A stretch of DNA of 64,000 bases from Longimicrobiales bacterium (GTDB taxonomy: Bacteria > Gemmatimonadota > Gemmatimonadetes > Longimicrobiales > Gaopeijiaceae), in the NCBI GenBank assembly GCA_965198065.1, contig CBDAON010000004.1, positions 1,184,001-1,248,000 of the forward strand, written 5' to 3'. Of the stretch, positions 29,943-39,850 are shown piece after piece. The notes below the pieces were generated by a model, which saw only the letters and a program-made list of their open reading frames with translations, had not been told where the DNA came from and did not search any database. The number at the start of each line of letters is the position of its first letter. Within the stretch, counting starts at the first letter, position 1. A program made the translations under genes and the position numbers.

Positions 29943-30986
29943 ATGAACGGGCTTCGACCTCACTACCCTCTCCCGTCCAGACTGTGGCTCACCTCCATTC
30001 CTTTGCTAGCCGGTTTACTCGCCGGCTGTGGCATCACCCAATCGATCAGCCCCGTCTACCCGACGTACCTCGAAGCGCTGCCGTTCCGCGCTGAGCGACC
30101 CATTGCCAGAGAGCTCCGCTACACCTACCTGGACCGCTGGGACCTGGGCGGCGAGGAAGGAGTGCCTACCGGGTCGGCCGACGACGTCACGAAGGCGGCT
30201 CTACAGAGAGGGGAGACGATAGCGTTGCTTTCGGCCCAGCCCCCCTTGGCGGAGAACTGGGGCGACCACTACAGCGACCTCGCGGACGCGGCCCAGGCTC
30301 AAGGGGACAACGGATCTGCGCTCATGTATCGTGAGCTGGCCGTCGGCCAGGCGGAGACACAGCTGGCGATGAACCAGATTTCCGCCGCGGGCAACATGTT
30401 GAGCACGTATGTGAGTGTGATGTCGGCCCTTGCCGTCGCGGGTCAGGCCCTGATGGACCGCGACGCCGCCCGACTCGCGAACTGGACAGCCACTTCGACG
30501 GGAGCGATCGGGGACGAGGCCCCCGAAGGATCGATCCTGCACCTCGACTTTATACAGGTTCTCCAAGGCGAGCGCTTCGGAACTACGTCGCGAGTGGAGT
30601 TCTTTGCGACGGCGATACTCGACGACGGCAACGGGACCGTGTTCCGGTCCGATCGCAGCTACGAGCTGTTCACCTATAATCCGGACGATCCGCCCGAGGA
30701 CCTCCCGTCCGACGCGGTGCCGACGGTTTCAGATGGCAGTGTGCCGGTGCTGAACGAGATCGAAAGCGAAATTGGGGCTGGACTGCACAACTTCCTGGCG
30801 ATCTTGGCGAACGCGGCGGGTTCAAAGCCTTTACGCACAGCTTGCCCTCGCTGGACCGACGGGCACCTGAGCAGAGGTTCGGACGCTTGTCGAGCCCCGA
30901 GATGTAGAAGAAGGCGTTACTGGCGGCCTGTTGGTCCACTGCCGTTCCCTTGCCGGTTGCACGCGACTGGAGCGGAGATCATGTGA
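29943..30986 (+). CDS. Hypothetical lipoprotein (C-terminus possibly frameshifted near 30820)
   Basis: RBS GAGGAGG, ATG 29943, lipobox LLAGC; the last ~55 aa look out of frame. Confidence 0.7.
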   Translation: MNGLRPHYPLPSRLWLTSIPLLAGLLAGCGITQSISPVYPTYLEALPFRAERPIARELRYTYLDRWDLGGEEGVPTGSADDVTKAALQRGETIALLSAQPPLAENWGDHYSDLADAAQAQGDNGSALMYRELAVGQAETQLAMNQISAAGNMLSTYVSVMSALAVAGQALMDRDAARLANWTATSTGAIGDEAPEGSILHLDFIQVLQGERFGTTSRVEFFATAILDDGNGTVFRSDRSYELFTYNPDDPPEDLPSDAVPTVSDGSVPVLNEIESEIGAGLHNFLAILANAAGSKPLRTACPRWTDGHLSRGSDACRAPRCRRRRYWRPVGPLPFPCRLHATGAEIM

Positions 30987-31021
30987 GCGTACGGCTGCCT
31001 GCCCGCTGGTGAGTCCTCTCT

Positions 31022-33337
31022 CTAACGCGTGAAGTCGAACTGCTTCGTGTACTTGACGATGAGCTGGCGCTGCTGCGGTCCCTTCGCTAGGCCGGTCGTC
31101 GAAAACGAGCCGAAGTGCTCGGTATCGTTGTAGACGACGTACAGCCCGGTGCCCGCCGTGTCCAGCCACGCGAACCGGACGTTTGAACTGAGGTCCTCGG
31201 TGTCGTCGTTGTACTGCACCTGGGCGCCCACGTAGATGCGCGGTGTGAACGCATAGGAGCCCGACAGCGCCACGATGGCTGTCTTGAACTTGTCCGTCTC
31301 GTTGAGCCGCACGTCGTAATAGTTCACGCGAAGCGACGTCACAAGGCGATCCTGCCACCGCCACGTCACGCCGACATTAGGCCCCACCCGGGTCCCGGTG
31401 TAGAAGCCGCCAGCTTCCCATCCGATGGATCCTGAGAGCGGGGCGCTCAGATTGGTGTTCGCCCTGAATTGCCAGTCCAGGTTGTTGTAGGTACCAGCAG
31501 GGATGACGATGCCCTCACGGATCTCGAACGGCTCCTTGAGGCCCTCGCCGGTGATGTTGAACCCAGGGAGCTGGAAGAACGCGCCGTTCGCGAACTCGAA
31601 GTGGTTGTCTATGTGGATGAAGCGGCTCTCGCTGAACCCGTCGAGGTCCCAGTACTCGGTCCAGGACATGTGCGGGCGGATCTCGCGGAACCACGGGACG
31701 TCGTCGAATCGGATGTGCCTTAGCCAGCGCGCGCTCACGTTGCGGTACGCGCTGCGCGATAGGAAGCCGACCTCGGGGTTGAACGAGTCACCGACTTCGG
31801 TGAACCCGAGCGAGAGCTCCCATATACGGTCGCGATAGTCGCCGCCGAAGCTGTACGCATACTCGCCGCCCCCGACGCCCGGTGTGCTCGTGACCGCGCC
31901 GTACGCGTCGAGGGTCAGCCCGTCGCTGATTCCCAAGCTTCCGTCGATGCCGTAGGTGAGGTTGTAGTCGCCCGTGTCGTCGGTGTTCAGCCGTGAGACG
32001 AAGATCGTCCCGAGCTGCGTGCGGTTCTCGAACTCCTTTACGAGGCGCGCGACGCCGAAGTTGTTTAGGGAGGCGATCGGCGTGCAGCCGCCGAGCGGAT
32101 CGCATGTCTCTTCGGAGTCGGTCTGGATGTTGAGGAGTCCGACCTGGAGACCGCCCACCCTTCCGGTCAGGCGCGCGCCGCCCAGGATCGGCACGGTCGT
32201 GCCGCTCACGAGTCCGATCCGCCGGCTGAAGAAGAGCTCGACGGAGCGTGCGGCGCCGACGGCGAACGTGCCAGCGTTCTCCAGGAAGAAGCCGCGCTTC
32301 TCCGGGAAGAAGAGCGGGAAGCGAGTGAGGTTCACCTGCTGGTCGTCAACCTCCGCCTGCGCGAAGTCGGTGTTGACGGTGAGGTCGAGCGTGAGGCTCT
32401 GGGTGATGCCCACCTTCGCATCGCCGCCCATCTGTGCGGCGCAGTCGGTCCGTCCGTCCGCCCCGAGGCAGTCGGCGGATCTCGTCGTGACCGTGTAGTC
32501 GTGGAACACGTCACCGAGCACGTACGGCGTGACGATAAAGATCCGCCGTGCCGGTGCCTCGAACTGGCTGAGCGTCCCGGCGAGCGAGACGCGGGTCAGC
32601 GTGTACTGGCGTGGCACGGGCGCCCACACCGCCTCCTCGTTGTTCCTGCGGATGTTGCGCGCGAAGTTGAGCCCCCACGTCTGCGGGCCACCGCGGGCGT
32701 AGCGGAGGGTCGAGAAGGGGATGCGGAACTCGGCGTACCACCCCTCGGCGTCGGTGGTCGTCGCGACCTCCCAGCTCCCGTCCCAATTCAGGTTGAAGCC
32801 CCCACCCGATCCGGCCTGTTGGCGTCCACCGAACGCGCCGCCGCCGCCGCCCCGGCCGCCCCCGGTGCCGCCCTCGTCCGAAACCTGTCCGTCGTACTCG
32901 ATTCCGGAGGGTGTCGTCCCGAAGACAAAGCCGTTCTGCCGGTCGAGGTAGGTGTCGAAGACGATCTGGAAGGCGTCCGTGTCGTTTAGCGGTGCATCGC
33001 GGAGCGTCCGCCCCACCACGATGGCGCCCGGACTACGGTCGTAGAGCCAGGCACCGACGTAGATGGCCGACTCGTCATAGATGATCCGGACCTCGGTGTG
33101 CTCGGAGACCGGCCGCCCCTCGAACGGCTCCCGCTGCACGAAGTCCCTGATGACTTCGGCGCGCGACCATGCGGCGTCGCCCAGAACCCCGTCGATGACG
33201 GGCGGCTCCTCGACCCGCACGGCCTGGGCGGTGTAGCTGCTCGGGCCGCTTTGGGCGAGTAGGGGGATGGCGGCGGCCAGGAGGGCCGACGCGGTCATGG
33301 GCGCCGCTAGGGCTCCGCCGGAGAGGAGTGCTCGCAA
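31022..33337 (-). CDS. CBM9-like/DUF5916 outer-membrane-type protein
   Basis: PVIDGVL.D.AW, TEVRIIYD, GWYAEFRIPFSTLRY, NTDFAQAEVD..QVNLTRFPLFFPEKRGFFLE, LFFSRRIG; start approximate. Confidence 0.88.
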   Translation of the reverse strand: MRALLSGGALAAPMTASALLAAAIPLLAQSGPSSYTAQAVRVEEPPVIDGVLGDAAWSRAEVIRDFVQREPFEGRPVSEHTEVRIIYDESAIYVGAWLYDRSPGAIVVGRTLRDAPLNDTDAFQIVFDTYLDRQNGFVFGTTPSGIEYDGQVSDEGGTGGGRGGGGGAFGGRQQAGSGGGFNLNWDGSWEVATTTDAEGWYAEFRIPFSTLRYARGGPQTWGLNFARNIRRNNEEAVWAPVPRQYTLTRVSLAGTLSQFEAPARRIFIVTPYVLGDVFHDYTVTTRSADCLGADGRTDCAAQMGGDAKVGITQSLTLDLTVNTDFAQAEVDDQQVNLTRFPLFFPEKRGFFLENAGTFAVGAARSVELFFSRRIGLVSGTTVPILGGARLTGRVGGLQVGLLNIQTDSEETCDPLGGCTPIASLNNFGVARLVKEFENRTQLGTIFVSRLNTDDTGDYNLTYGIDGSLGISDGLTLDAYGAVTSTPGVGGGEYAYSFGGDYRDRIWELSLGFTEVGDSFNPEVGFLSRSAYRNVSARWLRHIRFDDVPWFREIRPHMSWTEYWDLDGFSESRFIHIDNHFEFANGAFFQLPGFNITGEGLKEPFEIREGIVIPAGTYNNLDWQFRANTNLSAPLSGSIGWEAGGFYTGTRVGPNVGVTWRWQDRLVTSLRVNYYDVRLNETDKFKTAIVALSGSYAFTPRIYVGAQVQYNDDTEDLSSNVRFAWLDTAGTGLYVVYNDTEHFGSFSTTGLAKGPQQRQLIVKYTKQFDFTR

Positions 33338-33455
33338 AGTCGTTGCTCGTTTGAGGGGAGGTGGTGAAGGAATGTAACGATAAGGGTCCGGCGCATGAGC
33401 GCCGAGCGGCACCCGCGCATGGCGGCGCCAGCGCAGCAGGCTTGACGTGACACCC

Positions 33456-34301
33456 TTAGTTGATCCGTTTATTCCCTGACTCCATGTGGTGGTTGAGGGC
33501 GAAGTCCGCAGGTGGGAGATCGCCCAGGGCGCTGTGGGGTCGGACGCGATTGTAGTCCTGCCTCCAGCGTTCGATCGTGTGCCTCGCATCCCGTAGGGAG
33601 AGGAACCAGTGGAGGTTCAGGCACTCGTCCCTGAAGCTCCCGAGGAAGCTCTCGACGAAGCAGTTCTGAATCGGCTTGCCCGGCTGTATGTATTCTATCT
33701 TGAGGTCCCGGGAGTAGGCCCAGGCGTCGAAGGCACGGCTCGTGAACTCGGAGCCGTTGTCGCAGATCACGCGCTCCGGCAAGCCGCGTTCCTCCCGAAG
33801 TCTCTCGAGCACCTCGATCACGCTCGCCGCAGGGATCGAGTGAGCGACGTGGAGTGCCAGGCACTCGCGGCTGAACTCGTCGATCACCGCGAGGCACCGG
33901 AACACTCGGCCCGTACTCAGCGTGTCCATGATGAAGTCCACGCTCCACCGCTCGTTCGGATGGCCGAGTGGGTCACGCACCGGTCGTGGTACCTGGCTCC
34001 GTCGTCTCCGACCCTTTCGCCGCACCGCGAGCCCTTCCTCGCGGTAGAGCCGGTGGATCCGCTTCCGGTTCACCAGCCATCCCTCGCGGCGCAGAAGCAC
34101 GTGGATGCGTCGGTAGCCCCAGCGAGGCCGCTCGCCCGCGAGCTCCCGGATCCTCGCACGTAACCCCTCCTGAGCTGGGCGCTCGCTTCGGTACCGGATC
34201 GTTGAACGCGGGAAGCCTGTCCAACGGACCACTCGACGCTCCGAGGCCTTCTCGGCGGCTTGCACCCTCCGGACGACCTGGCGCCGCTCCCCGGCCGTCA
34301 C
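33456..34301 (-). CDS. IS3 transposase OrfB (DDE)
   Basis: WGYRRI, WSVDF, IDEFSRECL, DNGSEF, QPGKPIQNCFVESF, YNRVRPHSAL. Confidence 0.95.
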   Translation of the reverse strand: MTAGERRQVVRRVQAAEKASERRVVRWTGFPRSTIRYRSERPAQEGLRARIRELAGERPRWGYRRIHVLLRREGWLVNRKRIHRLYREEGLAVRRKGRRRRSQVPRPVRDPLGHPNERWSVDFIMDTLSTGRVFRCLAVIDEFSRECLALHVAHSIPAASVIEVLERLREERGLPERVICDNGSEFTSRAFDAWAYSRDLKIEYIQPGKPIQNCFVESFLGSFRDECLNLHWFLSLRDARHTIERWRQDYNRVRPHSALGDLPPADFALNHHMESGNKRIN

Positions 34302-34564
34302 AACTCGTTTCCCAGCAGGTCCTTCAGCACCTGAAGGTTCAGCGCCTGGTCGGCCACGATGCGCTTGAGCCGTCGGTTCTCGTCCTCAAGTGCCTTCAAC
34401 CGCCTCGCGTCACTGACCTCAAGGCCCCCGTACTTCTTCTTCCACCGATAGAACGTGTCGTGGCTGATCCCGTGGCGTCGGCATACCTCTTTCGTCGCTC
34501 CGCCCGCCTCCGCCTCCCGTAGGATCCCGATGATCTGCTCTTCCGTGAACCTACTCTTCCTCAT
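34298..34564 (-). CDS. IS3 transposase OrfA
   Basis: MRKSRFTEEQIIGILREAEAG...FYRWKKKYGG...LEDENRRLK. Confidence 0.95.
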   Translation of the reverse strand: MRKSRFTEEQIIGILREAEAGGATKEVCRRHGISHDTFYRWKKKYGGLEVSDARRLKALEDENRRLKRIVADQALNLQVLKDLLGNEL

Positions 34565-35082
34565 GACTCCTCACTTACTCCGAGGAGTCAGAGAATAGCT
34601 GGCTCAGCTTCCGGGTGTCACGTCAGGCTTCCTCTGCCGAAGTCAAGCCAAGCGGCACAAGGCCTCTTGCTTCGCTGTCACCCGGATCGTACCTCGACGG
34701 GGCCGCCTCTTATCGTTGGCTGGCACCCAGACGCAGCGGGTCTCCCCACCCAGCTTTCCCTTCTCTCCGTCCCCTCGAAAGCAGCGCCGAAGCCCCCCAG
34801 GGACCGCTTCCACGGGCGGTCATCCGAGTCCGGCTTGTTCACCCACCGACCGAGAACGTAACGCGCCCGCGAGCACGGCCAGCGGAGCCCCCCCCGACTT
34901 CAGAGCGACGGGCCGCTTCCCGCCCCGGCCAACACACCGACCGAGACGGCCCAGCGCGCCCGCGTGACAGGGCGACAAAGTCCGTCATTCGTGAGACTTA
35001 TGTGAGACTCCACGGCCCTATGGTCCGAAGACAAGAAAGCCCACAACCACATAAGTGATTGCAGGACTGCATCTTCTCAAAG

Positions 35083-35124
35083 TGGAGCCAGCCGGAATCG
35101 AACCGGCGACCTCCTGCTTGCAAA
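35083..35124 (-). other. 3' half of tRNA-Ala(TGC); probable att site of an integrative element
   Basis: Minus strand TTTGCAAGCAGGAGGTCGCCGGTTCGATTCCGGCTGGCTCCA (anticodon loop, T arm, acceptor 3' strand); no D arm or 5' half upstream. Confidence 0.88.
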
Positions 35125-35440
35125 TCGCCTCCGGAAGGAGGTGAATACGGCAAGAAATCGTCTAAGTCTAACTGGGACTGCACGATCTGCCGCACTTGCC
35201 GTTAGACGATTGCTGATTCGATAGTACCGAAATAGCGGGAAAACGGCACTAAAATGGCGGGAATCTGGGTTTCGCCTCTGCTTCCCGCCTGAGCGTTGCC
35301 AAGGGGCATTGTACACTGCCCGGAGGCGGGACCGCCACGGGAGCCCACGTGAAGAGCGATACGGATATCCTCTGTCAAGGCTATCGAGTCACTCCCCTCG
35401 TGTCCCACGCGTGCCGCCCACGGCAGTCACCGCAAACCTG

Positions 35441-36060
35441 TCAGCTTCGCCCCAGCAACTCGGCGACCATCTCGTCGCGACCTCCAAGCTGGGCATGGGC
35501 GTCCGCGAGCTTAAGGAAGAGAAAATAGAACTGCAGGGGGATGCCGGTTGACGGCATATCCGGCCACACCTCCCGGTCCTTCAGTCCGCGGTAGGAGTAC
35601 ACGTCCCTTGCAAGGGTCAGAGAACGTGCGACATCGATCCACGGTCCATCGAGGCCCGGCGAGACCCGGACGAGATCGGGGAGCTCCTCCGGCGCCGTGA
35701 CCGAGAGCTTCGCAGCCAGGCCATGCCGCACCACCCGCTCCGCCAGCCCCACCTCCCGCGCAATCGCTCCTGCGCTGGCGAAGTAGATCGGCCTGTGGTC
35801 GACCGAATCCTGAATGATTACCAAGGCGATCTGCTCGCCGCGGCTAAGCTGGAATCCCTGCGGGTACTGAACCGTCAGGCGGCGGCCGAGCTGGAGCGTG
35901 GCTGGTTCCGACAGGGCTGCTTGCGCGGGCGCTGTCGAGCTCCTCGTCTAGGCGGGTCGTGATCGGTTGCGATGGGACGGCCTGGCGGGACTCCTCGGAA
36001 CTGTCGCGGTGCGATGCCGGGCGCCGCGCCTGGCACCTTTAGGACGTTCTTGACCTGATG
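35441..36060 (-). pseudogene. C-terminal fragment of a probable DUF2723-type membrane protein
   Basis: IIQDSVDHRPIYFAS...RHGLAAKL...DVYSYRGLKDREVWPD; 5' part degraded and cut at an IS remnant. Confidence 0.55.
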
Positions 36061-36087
36061 CAGTGGCGAGTTCGCCGCCCACAGTGT

Positions 36088-36485
36088 TGTTACCGGCCGT
36101 GCAAAATTGGACACTGTTGGAGTGAACCCCATCGGTTGGACACTGTGGCGGTGGGATTTAGCCAGTATGCTCGCTGGGCCAGGGAGGAGGGATGATGGCT
36201 CGGTATCGCAGCTACAGTCTGGAGTTCATGCGCGAGGTGGCGCAGCAGTACCCGGTGTCGTAGAGCGGTTCACTCTACCCGCTCAAGGAGGAATGTCTGT
36301 ACCTCCACGACTTCGAGGACTTCGAGCAAGCCAGACACGAGGCCGGCCAGTTCATCGAATGCTACAACCGCGAGTGGCTCTTGGAGCGCCATGGATACCG
36401 GACCCCGGTCCAGGTCCGCGAGGAACTCACTCGGAAGGCGGCATGATTAAGCCGCCCTATTGTCCAGGGAATCGGAACCGGTTCA
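36088..36485 (+). mobile_element. Internally deleted or chimeric IS3-family remnant
   Basis: TGTTACCGG...TTGGACA end; MARYRSYSLEF orfA start joined to LKEECLYLHDF...YNREWLLERHGYRTP orfB end; TGTCCAG...CCGGTTCA end. Confidence 0.75.
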
Positions 36486-36515
36486 GGCCGGGAGCCCGGA
36501 GCGGGACCGCGTAGG

Positions 36516-36800
36516 TCAGGATTTCTGATAGAAGCGTCTTACGTGATACTCCAGAAGGTTCAAGATATCGTCGACCCCCTTGCGGAATTCGGGGCTGGGT
36601 AGTCCGTCTGACTCGGCGCTGGCTAAACGATCCCTCAGAGAACCAAATACTATCGGGGTACGTTCTTGCGCATCATTGACAATGATGAAGGCCGCGATCA
36701 ACTCAGTCAGGCAGACGAGGTGACCTAACGTCCGGCTATCCACCTCCCTAAAGTCCTCTGAGCTGAGATCGCCATAGTCTGTAGATCCGATCCTCGACAT
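36516..36800 (-). CDS. Hypothetical protein (possible passenger of the degenerate IS1595)
   Basis: 94-aa ORF with lower GC and an AAAGGA RBS. Confidence 0.6.
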   Translation of the reverse strand: MSRIGSTDYGDLSSEDFREVDSRTLGHLVCLTELIAAFIIVNDAQERTPIVFGSLRDRLASAESDGLPSPEFRKGVDDILNLLEYHVRRFYQKS

Positions 36801-36833
36801 TGAGATCCTTTCGATGTTGGTTCAGCAGGCGAC

Positions 36834-37043
36834 CTACCGACTGGCCAGCGTTTCCCTCAAGTCGACTCCGGTGAATTCATGTATGGAACTCCTAACGCCT
36901 TTTCTACCAGCGGCTTCGGCCAGCTTATCTAGCTCTTTTTTCGACCGTTTCCCGAATACCTTTTCGGCTAGCTTCACGTCCTCCACTTCCACATTCCGAA
37001 GCCGGTACTGATGATGATGATGCTTCGTAGGGGCCTGAGACAT
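36834..37043 (-). CDS. Small basic protein divergent from an IS1595 transposase
   Basis: MSQAPTKHHHH...LAEKVFGKRSKKELDKLAE; its ATG shares the CATG palindrome with the transposase ATG. Confidence 0.6.
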   Translation of the reverse strand: MSQAPTKHHHHQYRLRNVEVEDVKLAEKVFGKRSKKELDKLAEAAGRKGVRSSIHEFTGVDLRETLASR

Positions 37044-37390
37044 GAACCTCATCACCCTGCTGGATCGTTTCGCCAACGAGGACACCTGCCGGCAGCATCT
37101 GGAGGCTCTGCGCTGGCCCCAGCGATGTCGCGTGCCCCCGATGCGGAGACATGGACGTAAGCCCGAATCAAGGGCCGAGGCCAGTGGCACTGCATCGGAT
37201 GCGGCTACTGCTTCAGCGTGAAGTCCGGCACCATCATGCATGACTCGCACCTGACGCTCCGGAAGTGGTTCGCCGCGATCTACCTGCTCTGCCAGTCCGA
37301 GGAGGGCATGAGCGCCCACACCAGTCTGCACCGGACGATCGGCGTGGCCTACCGGACCGTCTGGTACCTCTGCCACCGCATCCACGAAGC
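37042..37390 (+). pseudogene. IS1595 transposase N-terminal fragment (frameshifted, truncated)
   Basis: MNLITLLDRFANEDTCRQHLEALRWP, Zn-ribbon cysteines, GTIMHDSHL.LRKWF.AIYL, WYLCHRI; paralogous to 52286..53185. Confidence 0.85.
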
Positions 37391-37565
37391 AGCCGCAGCA
37401 CCACCTCCGTCTTCCGCCCTGCACTCCATCGCTCCGGCAGCTCCCCCCTTCCACGACCGTCGGTCGCTCCCCTCTCCCCGCTCTCCTGGGCCATAACCAT
37501 TCCCCTCTCTCTGGACCCCAACTCCTGTTGCCAATCTACTGTCCAGAAAAATCGGGTGCGGTAAA
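37381..37565 (-). mobile_element. IS3-family left-end fragment
   Basis: End TTTACCGCACCCGATTTTTCTGGACA followed by orfA start ...ERWSAGRKTEVVLRLLRG. Confidence 0.7.
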
Positions 37566-37768
37566 CCTAGGCTCTCTTCCGGTAGCGCTTGGGCGCGACG
37601 GACCTTCTCTACGTGAACCTTCTGGCCCTTCTCGGCCATTTTCTCTAACCCGGATTTCTCATGGGATGGGCGGGGGCGGGTGGTGGTCGGAGATCGTGAG
37701 GCGGACGGGGGGACAAGGACGGGAGGTCGGCGGGTAGGGCTAGCAGTCCGTGGAAAAGAGTCTTTCCT

Positions 37769-37790
37769 CTAGCCACTACCTAGCCACTAC
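37769..37790. repeat. 11-bp direct repeat (possible integrase arm-type sites)
   Basis: ctagccactac ctagccactac. Confidence 0.5.
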
Positions 37791-37920
37791 CGTCCCCTCA
37801 CAAATGCGTGAGTGAACGGGCGTGATGGCCCGCGGTGAGGATCAGAAAATGGCGGAGACCACCTCTTCGGATCGCCATCCCCAACCGCGGCAAGCACTTG
37901 CGCCACCCCTTGGCTATCAA

Positions 37921-37992
37921 CTGCTGGGCGGCGCCAACGTCTGGACGATGATGAGCACGGACGAGCAGCTCGGCTACATCTACGTCCACTGG
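37921..37992 (+). pseudogene. Short fragment of a PQQ-dependent quinoprotein dehydrogenase
   Basis: LLGGANVWTMMSTDEQLGYIYV matches the GGANxWxxxSxDxxLGxVY motif. Confidence 0.55.
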
Positions 37993-38813
37993 GCTCGTTT
38001 CGGATCGTTGACGCAGGACGTGGTATGGACGATTGTCCGCAGCCACGGACCGGTGCGGGCGTACGGCGTGACACCTTTCTCGGGTGAGGTGACGTTTTGA
38101 CAGCCTCGAGTACTGGACCGTGACGGTCAGCATGAAGTACTACTTCTGATCTTCCGCGACGGCGTCCGCCGATCGGTGCGGTCCGGGCGGGGAACGCATC
38201 GGCGCTGGTGGAAAACGCCTGATCTAGGCCGTGCCTGTGGAGATCGCAACGATCAGGATGGCAGTGATCGTGCGTGGTTTGGACGATCAGCCGAAGGTGG
38301 CGAACACGTTGCGGTATCGGCGTAGCGGCATCGCACCGGAGATGCTGGCCCGGAAGATCTCGGGTGGTGTCCGGCGGGCCGGTGAACCGGCACAATGAAC
38401 GGATGCTCGAGCCCGGTTTATTCGAGCAGCAGAGGGAAGACAGATGGCGCGACCACGTATTTTCGTTAGCTCAACCTTCTACGACCTACGACCTACGACA
38501 AGTGCGGGACGATCTCGAGCGTTCGATTCGCGAGTTGGGATACGAACCTGTGCGGCACGAAGAGGGCTCGGTTACCTACTCGAGCGAAGAACGCCTGGAG
38601 ACTGCCGCGTATCGAGAAGTAGAGCTGTGCGACGTCATCGTGGCTGTCGTCGGCGGACGCTTCGGCACCGAGTCTCAAGAAGAACCGGGGCACTCGATTT
38701 CGCATGTGGAGTTGAGGCGAGCGCTCGAACGAGGAATTCAGGTCTTCGTTTTCGTCGACAAGAATGTCCTGGGGGAGCATTCGACCTACAAGCTAAATAG
38801 GGCAATAACTTAC

Positions 38814-38842
38814 TTGACTAAACCAAAGAAGGCCCGTATATT
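38814..38842 (+). promoter_or_regulatory. sigma70-like transposase promoter overlapping the left TIR
   Basis: TTGACT-17 bp-TATATT. Confidence 0.7.
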
Positions 38843-38875
38843 TCGGTTGTCGAACAACCCTCTACCGAGAAGACG

Positions 38876-39850
38876 ATGGCGAACGAAAGTGAAATGAAGG
38901 CTCCAGCGACGTTCCTGCAAGCGGTCCGGTTCTTTGCCGACGAGGAAGACGCGATCCAGTTCCTCGCGGATGTCCGTTGGCCGGATGGCGAACAGGTTTG
39001 CCCGAAATGCGGTACAGTGGGTCGGCATTATTGGCTCAAGAACCAGAGGCGGTGGAGGTGTCGCGAGAAGGCGTGCCGTAGGCAGTTCTCCATCAAGGTC
39101 GGAACGATCTTCGAGGACAGCCCGATCAAACTTTCCCAATGGCTCCCCGCTGTCTGGCTACTCGTGAACTGTAAGAACGGTATTTCCAGTTATGAGCTGA
39201 GCCGTCATCTTGGCGTAACCCAGAAGACTGCTTGGTTCATGCTTCAGCGCATCCGCGAGGCCCTGCGCATAGGCTCTTTCGAGAAGATGGACGGCGAGGT
39301 GGAGGTCGATGAGACCTACATCGGCGGGAAGGCCAAGAACATGCACATCGCCAAGCGGAAACGAGTCATCCATGGGACCGGAGGACACGACAAAACCGCC
39401 GTCATGGGACTCCTTGAGCGGCCCCACAATGCCCCGCACTCTCTTGTCCGTACCCGCGTCCTCTCGGACGTGACCAAGCGGACCATGCAGGGCCACGTCC
39501 GGGACAACGTCACGGAAGGGGCGAGGCTGTTCACCGACCGGCATTGGGGCTACTACGGGCTCAAATCTGAGTACATGCACGAGGTCATCGACCACGTTCA
39601 CGAGTACGTTAGGGGCCGCGTCCATACGAACGGAATCGAGAACTTCTGGTCCCTGCTCAAGCGGACGATCGGCGGGACGTACGTGTCCATCGAGCCGTTC
39701 CACGTCACCCGCTATCTCGATGAGCAGGCATTCAGGTTCAACATGCGTGAGGATACCGATTCCGGTCGGTTCCTTACAGCCCTCGAGGGGATCATCGACA
39801 GGCGAATCAGGTACTCCGAGTTGACCGGACAGGAGTTGTGCGTTTCATGA
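38876..39850 (+). CDS. IS1595 family transposase
   Basis: CPKC..C..C Zn ribbon, GTIFEDS, EVDETYIGGK, FTD, HTNGIENFWSLLKR, YLDEQAFRFN. Confidence 0.95.
   Translation: MANESEMKAPATFLQAVRFFADEEDAIQFLADVRWPDGEQVCPKCGTVGRHYWLKNQRRWRCREKACRRQFSIKVGTIFEDSPIKLSQWLPAVWLLVNCKNGISSYELSRHLGVTQKTAWFMLQRIREALRIGSFEKMDGEVEVDETYIGGKAKNMHIAKRKRVIHGTGGHDKTAVMGLLERPHNAPHSLVRTRVLSDVTKRTMQGHVRDNVTEGARLFTDRHWGYYGLKSEYMHEVIDHVHEYVRGRVHTNGIENFWSLLKRTIGGTYVSIEPFHVTRYLDEQAFRFNMREDTDSGRFLTALEGIIDRRIRYSELTGQELCVS

Larger units (their letters stand above)
33443..34625 (-). mobile_element. Complete IS3-family element (IS407 group), 1183 bp, 4-bp target duplication GGCT
   Basis: Imperfect ~41-bp TIRs TGACGTGACACCC...CTGACTCC; GGCT at 33439-33442 and 34626-34629; orfA/orfB joined by G-GGA-AAC slippery site. 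Confidence 0.95.

Noticed and set aside
33338..33589. N-terminal extension of the DUF5916 ORF to 33589
   Set aside because: It runs into the IS3 element; chance open frame.
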